The notes below the pieces were generated by a model. It saw only the letters and a list, made by a program, of their open reading frames with translations. It was not told the origin of the DNA and searched no databases. Positions 21,106 to 29,442 of a stretch of DNA of 64,000 nucleotides are shown here, piece by piece. The stretch comes from Candidatus Aenigmatarchaeota archaeon. Lineage in GTDB: Archaea > Aenigmatarchaeota > Aenigmatarchaeia > Aenigmatarchaeales > JACQIB01. The first letter of the stretch is position 1. Each line of letters starts with the position of its first letter. The translations under genes and the position numbers were made by a program. Location of the stretch: assembly GCA_043799675.1 (NCBI GenBank), contig JAZDNN010000024.1, positions 32,412 to 96,411 on the forward strand, read 5' to 3'.

Positions 21106-21969
21106 ATGCCAAAGGAAACGGATGAAGAACTGCTGGACGACATGACAGCGGCGGAAATAGACTTCATACGCTACAGCGAGATTGTGGACTGCCTGAAGGA
21201 CGTGAACGGACCGAGAGGTCCGCCGCTGAAGAACGCGAACGACATGTACACTTTCTTCATGCGATATGCGCGCGACCATACGGATGATCCTTACAACAAA
21301 TTCTCATGGTATCCCGAAAGGGACGGGCCGAACGGATACGTGCGCCGCCTGGATGATTCCATAGAGAAGGCGGAAAAGAGCGTGTTCGAAATAAGCGGTG
21401 ACGGGGACTTCGCAAAGAGCGATGAACGGATGGCGATGTACAAACGGAAAATAGCCGGCGAGGTCGTTTCGACGGTAAGGAAGGCGGAAGACGGCAGGGA
21501 CGAAACCGTACAGACGGAAAAGAAAGGGATACAGATGCGCTTCATGCTCGATGTCGAGGAGGGCTGGCTTAAATCGCTTGACAACTTCGAGCGGTTGGTG
21601 GAAGCCGGCGCGGAGATAAGAAATTTCATACCCGGCACGCCCTATGGAAAGTCCCATTTCGGCGTAATCGACGATAAAATGTTCTTCAGCATAACCAGGC
21701 AGCAGACGCCGGAATCCACCATATCAAAGACCGTCGGGGAACCGCAGATGGAAAAAAGCATCAAGGAGAGCACCGGCGAGACCATACAGGAAATGAGATA
21801 CGCCATGTTCACAACCGAGCATCCTGTCGTCGTGAAGACGGCGAAAGGCGTGCTCAAACGCTGGTGGGCAAACGCCGAAGAGTACGAGCCTGCCGTGAAA
21901 AGACTCGGAGGTTTTCACGAGGAGCATTCGGTAATCAACGGCGCCAACGGCAACGGAAAGCGATATTAA
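21106..21969 (+). CDS. Hypothetical protein, possible TrmB C-terminal/PLD-like domain
   Basis: GAEIR..HFGVIDDK pattern; convergent with a TrmB gene. Confidence 0.6.
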   Translation: MPKETDEELLDDMTAAEIDFIRYSEIVDCLKDVNGPRGPPLKNANDMYTFFMRYARDHTDDPYNKFSWYPERDGPNGYVRRLDDSIEKAEKSVFEISGDGDFAKSDERMAMYKRKIAGEVVSTVRKAEDGRDETVQTEKKGIQMRFMLDVEEGWLKSLDNFERLVEAGAEIRNFIPGTPYGKSHFGVIDDKMFFSITRQQTPESTISKTVGEPQMEKSIKESTGETIQEMRYAMFTTEHPVVVKTAKGVLKRWWANAEEYEPAVKRLGGFHEEHSVINGANGNGKRY

Positions 21970-21979
21970 ATTCTGAAAA

Positions 21980-22807
21980 TCATTTCAGCTGCTTCCAGCA
22001 ATTCTCGAAATTCTCGCGCAGGGCCGTAACAAGCGGCTGGCTATCGATGGTCATGAACTCGTAGCGGAACTCGGAATCGGTCCCGGGCTCGCCGGATGAG
22101 ATTTCGGCCCCCTTCACCAACGGTATCTTGCTTATCACTATCGCCATGCAGCTGTCGGCGACATGCGCGCGGAGGTCGCCTGCATAGCCCGAGCGGACGG
22201 ACAGGCCGAGCTGCTTCGCCTTCCGTATGTTCTCGGCTATCTTTTTGTTGCCTGTCGGGTCCTTCAAAATGACACGGACATGGATGCCCTTGCGGACCAT
22301 GCTGCGAAGGACATCAGAGGACTCCCATATCCAGGACATGTCACCGGCGAAAATCGCGACGTCCTTCCTTGCGCACTTTTTTATCTCGTCAAGGAGCTTG
22401 CTGACGTTCGCCCTTTTCTGGGTCGACCAGATGTTCGAGCTGTCATCACCGACCACGAGCTCCGGCTCTATGTGCGAAAGGACCTCGGCGGCATCCTTCA
22501 CGCGCGCCTTCATGGTCTCGAGCTGGGCGGTCAGATGCTTGTTTCTGGTCTCGGTGTAACGCTCAAGGGCGGTTGCAGCCGGGACGGCCTTGAACACCTT
22601 CGGCCTGGTCTTGCTGACCAGAACAAATCCTTTCCGCTGGAGCTCGGTTATGGTATCATAAACACGCGGAAGCGGGATGTGAGCCATCTCGCTTATCTTC
22701 TCGGCAGTAAGGGTGCCGTAACGCAAAAGAGACACGAACGCCTTCGCCTCGTACTCCGTGAGGCCTATCGACTTGAGCACCGCTTCCGGCTGTTCCATTT
22801 CCCCCAT
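21980..22807 (-). CDS. TrmB-family transcriptional regulator
   Basis: GLTEYEAKA..L, IPLPRVYD..L..KGFV...P..F. Confidence 0.93.
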   Translation of the reverse strand: MGEMEQPEAVLKSIGLTEYEAKAFVSLLRYGTLTAEKISEMAHIPLPRVYDTITELQRKGFVLVSKTRPKVFKAVPAATALERYTETRNKHLTAQLETMKARVKDAAEVLSHIEPELVVGDDSSNIWSTQKRANVSKLLDEIKKCARKDVAIFAGDMSWIWESSDVLRSMVRKGIHVRVILKDPTGNKKIAENIRKAKQLGLSVRSGYAGDLRAHVADSCMAIVISKIPLVKGAEISSGEPGTDSEFRYEFMTIDSQPLVTALRENFENCWKQLK

Positions 22808-22927
22808 TAACCCACCATCAGTTTAATTCGCTGCGGCGTAATAGCTCCATAAAAGGTTATAAAGCTATTGGACTGGCGCAAGGCATTTCACGACCGGTCA
22901 TTTAAGAGCCGGAAAACAAAGCTGCTC

Positions 22928-23359
22928 ATGCCGAAGTTCAGGTTCATTCCCGAGATAGCGATAGCTGATGTAGCCTTCGAAGCGGAAGGTAAGGACATCA
23001 ATGAGCTGTTTGTGAACTGCGCCCTTGCAACCGAGGAATCCATGGTCAACACAAAGAAGGTGAAGCCGAAGGTCAGCAAGACCATAAAGCTGGAAGCGGA
23101 TGCGCTGGACAGACTGATGATTGACTGGCTGAACGAGGTGATTTACTACAAGGACGCGGAGGGGCTGCTGTTTTGTGAATTCATCGTCAAGGTATTGCAA
23201 AAGGGAAAGAACTGGACGCTTGAAGCCACGGCAAAGGGCGAAAAGAGGGACCCGAAGAAGCACGAGCTCAGGGCGGATGTGAAGGCGGCGACTTGGCACC
23301 TTTTTGAACTGAAGCAGGAAAAGGGCAAGTGGAAAGCGAGGATTGTAGAGGATATCTGA
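22928..23359 (+). CDS. Archease (RtcB cofactor)
   Basis: ADVAFEAEG..ELF, WLNEVIY, VKAATWH, C-terminal DI. Confidence 0.93.
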   Translation: MPKFRFIPEIAIADVAFEAEGKDINELFVNCALATEESMVNTKKVKPKVSKTIKLEADALDRLMIDWLNEVIYYKDAEGLLFCEFIVKVLQKGKNWTLEATAKGEKRDPKKHELRADVKAATWHLFELKQEKGKWKARIVEDI

Positions 23360-23368
23360 TTACAACGC

Positions 23369-24202
23369 TTAGCTGCGTATTCCGCGGATTGTCCCTGTCG
23401 TGAACACATTGTTGCCCTGGTCGACGTAATCTATCCGCACCGACACGCTGTACGGGTCCCCTGCGTTGCCGTTATTTCCCCGGCCGACATACCATGCGCT
23501 GTAATCGGGTTCCAGAGTTGGCGCGTTGATGTTGCTCAATAACGTTCCGTTCAGGGATACCAAGGCAATAGTTATAGCGTAATTGAAATGGGAATTCAGC
23601 AGGAGCATCCTGAAAGTGCCGTTATGCGAGTAATCTGCATCGATCACGTCTATGCTGCCGAAATCGGATATCATCTTCGGCGTGCATGCCTGCGATTCCT
23701 GCGGTTTTGTATTATTCAGACCGCACGAAGCGGCATCAACACACGTACGCGTCTGCATCGCATTGGCGCCGCAAACCGACCACGCGCTGCACTGCCATAC
23801 CGGGGCGCACGTGCATGCATCGCTTTCGGATGGCTTGCCTACGGTCGTCCCGCAGTGGTTCGAATCGCTGCACGTCCTTGTCTGGGTTCCCCCGACGCAC
23901 AGGGACCACGCACCGCAATACCAGTTCGGCGTACAATGGGTCACCTGCGCACAGCCGTTGGTTTCCTCCGGCCTGCCCGTGTTCGTACCGCAGGAGTTCT
24001 CATCAACGCACGTCCTGGTCTGGACTCCGGAGACCGAGCATGCGCTCCATGCGCCGCACTGCCAGTCCGGCGTGCATACAGCTGGTGTCGGTTCGGGTTC
24101 AATCGGCCTTACAATAAACTGCATGACGAATACCAACGCAAGCGCGATGAGCATCAGGGACAATATCAGGATGACGGCGTTTTTGCTTCCGAATTTCAGC
24201 AC
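23369..24202 (-). CDS. Membrane-anchored protein with three Cys/Trp (TSP1-like) repeats
   Basis: CTPxWxCxAWSxC...QTRTCxD..C repeated three times; paralog of 24267-25133. Confidence 0.82.
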   Translation of the reverse strand: MLKFGSKNAVILILSLMLIALALVFVMQFIVRPIEPEPTPAVCTPDWQCGAWSACSVSGVQTRTCVDENSCGTNTGRPEETNGCAQVTHCTPNWYCGAWSLCVGGTQTRTCSDSNHCGTTVGKPSESDACTCAPVWQCSAWSVCGANAMQTRTCVDAASCGLNNTKPQESQACTPKMISDFGSIDVIDADYSHNGTFRMLLLNSHFNYAITIALVSLNGTLLSNINAPTLEPDYSAWYVGRGNNGNAGDPYSVSVRIDYVDQGNNVFTTGTIRGIRS

Positions 24203-24266
24203 AACTGAAATGGTGATTATCGCTTAATAAAGAAAAATTTCGGCTTTGCTATCTGATTGCAGGCGC

Positions 24267-25133
24267 TTAGCTGCGCTCTCCGGAAACCGTTCCGGTAACT
24301 GAAAACCCGTTACTGCCGCTATCCAAGTATGTCATCGTTACAGCGAGGGTATATGGATCTCCAACGTGGCCATTCACTCCCATGGTATTTGTGCCTGTCA
24401 GCCATACCCTTTCCAGAGGGAATAAGTTCATGGGCACGTTCATGGATGGTATTTGTAAACCGTTGACGCTTACAGACGTAATGCTGATGGTATCGCCAAC
24501 CCTGTCCTCCACCCACAATTTTAACGTACCATTTGCAGCGTAATCGACATCCAGCACACCTATGTTCGTGAAGCCGCTGATTGTCTTGGGAGTGCAGGTC
24601 TGTGATTCCTGCGGTTTGCTTGTCGTTGTCCCGCAAGAATTCGTGTCAATGCATGTTCGCATCCGCGTTCCGCCGGCACCGCACGCGGACCATGCATCGC
24701 ATTGCCAGTTAGGAGTACATGTACATGGTTGTGTTTCCAAAGGCCTGTCGCTAAACAGATTGCATCTGTTTGCATCCGTGCATACCCTGCTCTGATTTCC
24801 CGAATTACTGCAATTGGTCCATGCACTGCACTGCCAGTCAGGCACGCAGGGTGGCGTGCAGAACTGGGTTTCAACAGGCTTGTTATAATTCACGCTGCAG
24901 GAATTCGCATCTATGCATGTCCTTGTCTGCGTTCCTGAAGCGGAGCATGCATTCCACGCCCCGCACTGCCAATCAGGCGTGCATACTGGGGGCATCAGAG
25001 GCCCACTTGGCTTAATCAGGGATTGCACAATATACAACGATGCAAGCGCAACGATTATTACAGCCAGAACCAAGATAATGACGTTTTTCTTTTCGGATTT
25101 AGGCACACCTATTTTCTTTTCTGACTTAGGCAC
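24267..25133 (-). CDS. Membrane-anchored protein with three Cys/Trp (TSP1-like) repeats
   Basis: Same architecture as neighbour; duplicated upstream region. Confidence 0.82.
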   Translation of the reverse strand: MPKSEKKIGVPKSEKKNVIILVLAVIIVALASLYIVQSLIKPSGPLMPPVCTPDWQCGAWNACSASGTQTRTCIDANSCSVNYNKPVETQFCTPPCVPDWQCSAWTNCSNSGNQSRVCTDANRCNLFSDRPLETQPCTCTPNWQCDAWSACGAGGTRMRTCIDTNSCGTTTSKPQESQTCTPKTISGFTNIGVLDVDYAANGTLKLWVEDRVGDTISITSVSVNGLQIPSMNVPMNLFPLERVWLTGTNTMGVNGHVGDPYTLAVTMTYLDSGSNGFSVTGTVSGERS

Positions 25134-25216
25134 ACCAAAAATGACTATTACCGCTTAATAAAGATGAATTTTGGCTTTGCTGCTTGATTTATTAGCGGCG
25201 CAAACGATTAGCTGGC

Positions 25217-26801
25217 ATGGAGCAGGAACCTGAAAAGCAGACAGGCAGTCTGCCGAAGGAAATCAAGAAAATCAGCGAGGTCGTCTGGGAACTGCCCACC
25301 AGCTACAAGAAAGGCATGCGCGTGCCGGCAAGAATATATGCGACCAAGAAGCTGCTCGATGCGATGGACGCGGGAGTGTTCGAGCAGGTCACCAACGTCG
25401 CGACCCTGCCGGGAATCGTCAAGCATGCGTTCTGTATGCCGGATGGGCACTGGGGTATGGGTCAAGTCGCGGCTTGATTCACTCAAATATGGGTTCCCAA
25501 TCGGCGGCGTGGCTGCATTCGACCCGAAGGTCGGCGTGATCAGCCCGGGCGGCATCGGGTTCGACATCAACTGCGGCATGAGGTTCGTCACTACCAACCT
25601 TACTGTCAAGGACGTCAAACCCAAGCTGAAAGAACTGGTGGATATCCTGTTCAGGACGGTTCCCGCGGGCGTGGGCGGGGAAGGGTTTGTAAAATTAAGC
25701 CGCAGCCAATTCGACGAAATAATGGTCCAAGGGGCCAATTGGGTCATCGAGCACGGCTACGGTTGGAAAGAGGACACGGAAAGAATAGAGGAGTACGGCT
25801 GCATCAAAGGTGCTGATCCGTCAAAGGTCAGCGACAAGGCAAGGACCAGAGGCATCACGCAGATGGGGACGCTCGGCTCAGGGAACCATTACCTGGAAAT
25901 CCAGACTGCCGAGAAAATTTTCCTTCCCGAAGTCGCAGAGGCATTCGGCGTGAACGAACAGGGGCAGATAGGGGTGATGGTGCACTGCGGCTCGAGGGGG
26001 TTCGGCCACCAAATCGGAACGGATTATCTCAGGATATTCGACATGGCAATGAAGAAGTACAACATCACGGTGCCTGACAGGGAGCTTGCCTGTGCGCCTT
26101 TTGCGAGCCAGGAAGGACAGGATTATTATCACGCGATGGCCTGCGCGGCAAACATGGCTTTTGCCAACAGGCAGGTGATTTTGCACAGGATACGCGAGGC
26201 TTTTGCAAAGGTGTTCAGGAAATCCCCCGAAGACATGGAAATGCACCTGGTGTACGATGTCGCGCACAACGTGGCCAAGGTGGAGAAACACCTGGTCGAC
26301 GGTCATGAAAAGGAACTGGTGATGCACCGGAAGGGGAGCACGCGCTGCTTCGGTCCGGGTAGGCCGGAGATTCCTGAAGCTTACCGCAAGGTCGGCCAGC
26401 CGGTGATTGTGGGCGGCAGCATGGAAACGGGCAGCTTTTTGTGCGTGGGCACGGACAAGGCTCTGACAGAAACATGGGGAAGCACCATGCACGGCGCGGG
26501 CAGAACCATGAGCAGGACTTCAGCGAGGAACCAGGGCTCGGGCTTGGCGTTGCAGAAGAAGATGGCCAAGGAAGGGATACTGGTGGAAGCCACGAGCATG
26601 AGCGGGCTTGCAGAGGAAGCGGGCTTTGCCTACAAGGACCTGAACGAAGTGGTCGAGACCATGGAAATCGCGGGCGTGAGCAGGAAGGTCGTTCTGCTGA
26701 GGCCTTTGGGTAATATTAAAGGCACCGCCCGGGCCTCATACAGCCTTTTAGCTTTCCCCATACTTGTCATGGTCTTGGCCTTGATTTCGTCCCTTATCTG
26801 A
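25217..26801 (+). CDS. rtcB: RtcB RNA-splicing ligase, join(25217..25456,25488..26801)
   Basis: MPDGHWG|YGFPIGG, GFDINCG, GNHYLE, HCGSRG, HN, HRKG, HGAGR, EEAG.AYK, NIKG; a single frame is restored by removing 31 nt. Confidence 0.95.
25457..25487 (+). other. 31-nt BHB intron in rtcB mRNA
   Basis: Central helix UGGG(25451-54)/CUCA(25482-85), bulges GU^A and AA^U, 10-bp intron stem closing a CGCG loop; cuts give TGG GGT TAT GGG (WGYG). Confidence 0.88.
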
Positions 26802-27865
26802 ACGATAAGCGGTTCGACCTGTTTCCACCTCGTGATGTTCTTGCCGATTATTTCGAGAATCAATTCCTTTTTGGCCGTTTTCTCGGGATGCCTCAACGGC
26901 AGCAATTCGAGCATCCGACGGACATCGGCCTTCCTGAAGATTTCTAAGGCGAAATAATCCTTGCTGTATCTTATACTGACCCCATGAGTGTCTCTGCCGT
27001 CCCCGCGCCTGAAAATCCTGTATAGAATTGGATTAAAGCCCTGTTCCCTTAGTTGCCGTTTTATCCTACCAAGCAAGGTTTTATTTTCGGTGCCTATCCG
27101 CATACAACACTGCAAATTTTCCCTGATTTTCTTGACCAGAAGCGACCCTTCCGCATCGAAGTAGCCGGCCAGGAACGACAGGAAAACATTCCGTTCGGAT
27201 TCGACCAACTCTGAAATCAATCGTTTCCTGTTTTCCAGCAAGAGGAAGTCGAAGCTGTTGTCGAGGTCTGCGGATGTCGTCCACATGTAATTTCCAAAAG
27301 TTCTGTTCTTCGCAGGATATGTCCTTACCTTCGCATATCCTTTGAACAGGCTCTCGAAGACATCCAGGAATCCTTCATGAGTCGTGTTGGTTATGGCCCG
27401 AATGGTATGCTTCGATCTTCTGAAGGCTGTCACATCACCCTCCACGAAACCAACCATGTAAGCCTTTTCTTCATCCTTTCCATCAAAACTTTGCCGTTCA
27501 TGTTTCCTGTTTGTCAGCAGGATAGCCTCATCGTTTCCACGCACCCGAAAGCCGTTTTCTTCCAGCACCTTATGCAACGTGCCTTTGGAAGAACCAAATT
27601 TCTTGGCCAGCTTTTTCAACGATATTTTCTCCGTGTCATAAAGTCTCAGAATTTCCGTCACAGGCAGGTGTTTCCTGTGAGACAACGAATGTGCCTGACT
27701 GAGATTCCTTATCGGTATGTCAAGTTTGATGAACCGTTTTCTTACGGCCGACCACGATATATCGTCTCCGAGCTTAACACTCAATATCGCCGCCACTTCT
27801 TTGAACGTCTTACCGGACGAATAGAGACTCTCGGCTTCCTTCAGGAGTTCGCTGTTCAGCTTCAT
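26630..27865 (-). CDS. Free-standing LAGLIDADG homing-endonuclease-like protein with N-terminal HTH repeats
   Basis: AYMVGFVEGD and FLAGYFDAEGS motifs; LPLRHPEK. Confidence 0.88.
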   Translation of the reverse strand: MKLNSELLKEAESLYSSGKTFKEVAAILSVKLGDDISWSAVRKRFIKLDIPIRNLSQAHSLSHRKHLPVTEILRLYDTEKISLKKLAKKFGSSKGTLHKVLEENGFRVRGNDEAILLTNRKHERQSFDGKDEEKAYMVGFVEGDVTAFRRSKHTIRAITNTTHEGFLDVFESLFKGYAKVRTYPAKNRTFGNYMWTTSADLDNSFDFLLLENRKRLISELVESERNVFLSFLAGYFDAEGSLLVKKIRENLQCCMRIGTENKTLLGRIKRQLREQGFNPILYRIFRRGDGRDTHGVSIRYSKDYFALEIFRKADVRRMLELLPLRHPEKTAKKELILEIIGKNITRWKQVEPLIVQIRDEIKAKTMTSMGKAKRLYEARAVPLILPKGLSRTTFLLTPAISMVSTTSFRSL

Positions 27866-27920
27866 GGTCGTCTATTATATCCCGTTAGGCACTATAAATT
27901 GATATATATTCTCGAGCACA

Positions 27921-28997
27921 CTAATCATGCAGAATACATCCAAAAATATTATTATACCTTCCAGCGAGCGCATTTCTCAACCTGAACGTGTCGCCCTGCG
28001 CCGCATAGGCCATCCAGCCCTCAAGGCTTTTCGCAGCCTGTTCTGCCGAAATCTCACCGGATTCGTACTGCAGTCTGAGTGCCGTCATCCTTTTTTCGAG
28101 CTTCAGCAGGTTCCTCCTTTTTGGAATCCTGTAGTGGTAGAACACCCTGAAGCCGAGCAACGATATCCCCTTATGCAAAGGGTAGACCTGCGATTTTTCC
28201 TCATGCAACTCTAGCTTTAACCGTTGTTTGAGGAACCCGTTTATCCCGCTCCTGAACTGCATCAGCGCGGCCTCAGACCTGTCCAGAATCACGAAGTCAT
28301 CTACATACCGGAGATAGAACCTTGCCTTAAGCACGTGCTTCACGAAATGGTCCAGCTCATTCAGGTAGACGTTCGCGAAGAACTGGCTCGTCTGATTGCC
28401 TATCGGCATCCCCTTCGGCAGGGCAGGGTCGTTGTTCGACAGGATTTTCCGTACCAGCCAGAGCACGCTTTCGTCCCTTATTTTTCTCCGTATGATGCCA
28501 ATCAGGACATCGTGGTCGACGCTCGGGAAATAGTGCCTTATGTCGGCCTTCAGTGCATAGCCGACCACCATGTTGTTGTCCTTCGCGCCGTGCACCAAAC
28601 GGCCGTTCCCGGAAACCTTTCGCTTGAAGCAATCAAACCTGTCCAATGCTGCCAGGCCGCCCTTTCCCTTCCTGTTGGCGTAGCTGTCGTGGATGAACGT
28701 TTTGTCGAAAATCGGTTCGAGCACGTTGCATAACGCATGATGGACAACACGGTCCCTGAAATGCGAGGCATGAATTACCCGTGTCTTGGGGTCGCGGATG
28801 ATGAACCGTTTCAACGGGCGCGGCGAATACGTACGATTTTCAAGCTCAGTTTTCAAATCTGCCAATTCGCCATCAAGATTAGCTTCGAATCTTTTGACAT
28901 ACCATTTCTTCGACTTGCCCTTCCTCGCCTTTCTGAATGCCAGCAAAAGGTTCTCTGGCGAGCAGACCTTTCCGTAAAGGTTGTCAAATGTTTTCAA
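27921..28997 (-). CDS. DGR reverse transcriptase
   Basis: KTRVIHASHFRDRVVHHA, DIRHYFPS, GMPIGNQTSQFFAN (DGR-type SQ motif), RYVDD, LGF. Confidence 0.96.
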   Translation of the reverse strand: MKTFDNLYGKVCSPENLLLAFRKARKGKSKKWYVKRFEANLDGELADLKTELENRTYSPRPLKRFIIRDPKTRVIHASHFRDRVVHHALCNVLEPIFDKTFIHDSYANRKGKGGLAALDRFDCFKRKVSGNGRLVHGAKDNNMVVGYALKADIRHYFPSVDHDVLIGIIRRKIRDESVLWLVRKILSNNDPALPKGMPIGNQTSQFFANVYLNELDHFVKHVLKARFYLRYVDDFVILDRSEAALMQFRSGINGFLKQRLKLELHEEKSQVYPLHKGISLLGFRVFYHYRIPKRRNLLKLEKRMTALRLQYESGEISAEQAAKSLEGWMAYAAQGDTFRLRNALAGRYNNIFGCILHD

Positions 28998-29046
28998 AAA
29001 TATCCCCTATCGGCGGCCCGTGCTATTGGCGCAGACCCCGTTGTCA

Positions 29047-29079
29047 TTCAGGCTTCCCGCCAAAAGGCAATGAGGAAGT
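29047..29079 (-). other. TR intron 3 (33 nt, BHB)
   Basis: CAGG-AA^A-CUUCC...GGAAG-CCUG-AA^U. Confidence 0.85.
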
Positions 29080-29104
29080 TTCCTGTTCGAGGGCCTGTTC
29101 GCAT

Positions 29105-29135
29105 TTATGCCGGCGGAACGTTTCCTTCCAACCGT
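29105..29135 (-). other. TR intron 2 (31 nt, BHB)
   Basis: AUGC-GA^A-CGGU...GCCG-GCAU-AA^A. Confidence 0.85.
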
Positions 29136-29151
29136 TCGCATTGAAGCACCC

Positions 29152-29168
29152 TTGACGGCCCGAAGGCT
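29152..29168 (-). other. TR intron 1 (17 nt, BHB)
   Basis: GACG-AG^A-GCC(UUCG)GGC-CGUC-AA^G. Confidence 0.85.
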
Positions 29169-29442
29169 CTCGTCCGTGTTCCAATCCGACCTGACGGAAG
29201 GGTTTCGGTAGCCTCTCCACCGACATGACACCGCGGCTTCAATCTTCGGGAACCTACCAACTGAAACCGCTGAATTTAATGGCACAAGCATTCGGACGGC
29301 ATGAAATGCCATCGCACCATCTTGCGCTCTATGGAAAGGCGTATAGCGCGGGCCTTTGCCGGGAGAATGAAATACCCGCCCCCCGATTGGGAAGGAAAGA
29401 ACTCTGTCATGCAAAAATTGAGGGACGAAACGATTTATGCGC

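Larger units (their letters stand above)
29028..29200 (-). ncRNA. DGR template repeat (TR), 173 nt with three introns, 92 nt spliced
   Basis: Spliced TR CTTCCGTCAGGTCGGATTGGAACACGGACGAGGGGTGCTTCAATGCGAATGCGAACAGGCCCTCGAACAGGAATGACAACGGGGTCTGCGCC aligns without gaps to VR1 and VR2; rich in AAC/AAT codons; directly upstream of the RT. Confidence 0.93.

Noticed and set aside
25217..25500. rtcB as a frameshifted pseudogene or intein-containing gene
   Set aside because: All catalytic motifs are intact; the 31-nt insert has BHB geometry whose cut sites restore the frame; there are no intein motifs.
26715..26755. BHB intron at the rtcB 3' end that would restore a stop codon
   Set aside because: AAAGGC/GCCTTT can pair, but no register I tried gave canonical 3-nt bulges that produce a stop after NIKG.
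27921..28997. Group II intron or retron RT
   Set aside because: The SQ motif, short length and a clear TR/VR set with adenine-specific mismatches indicate a DGR.
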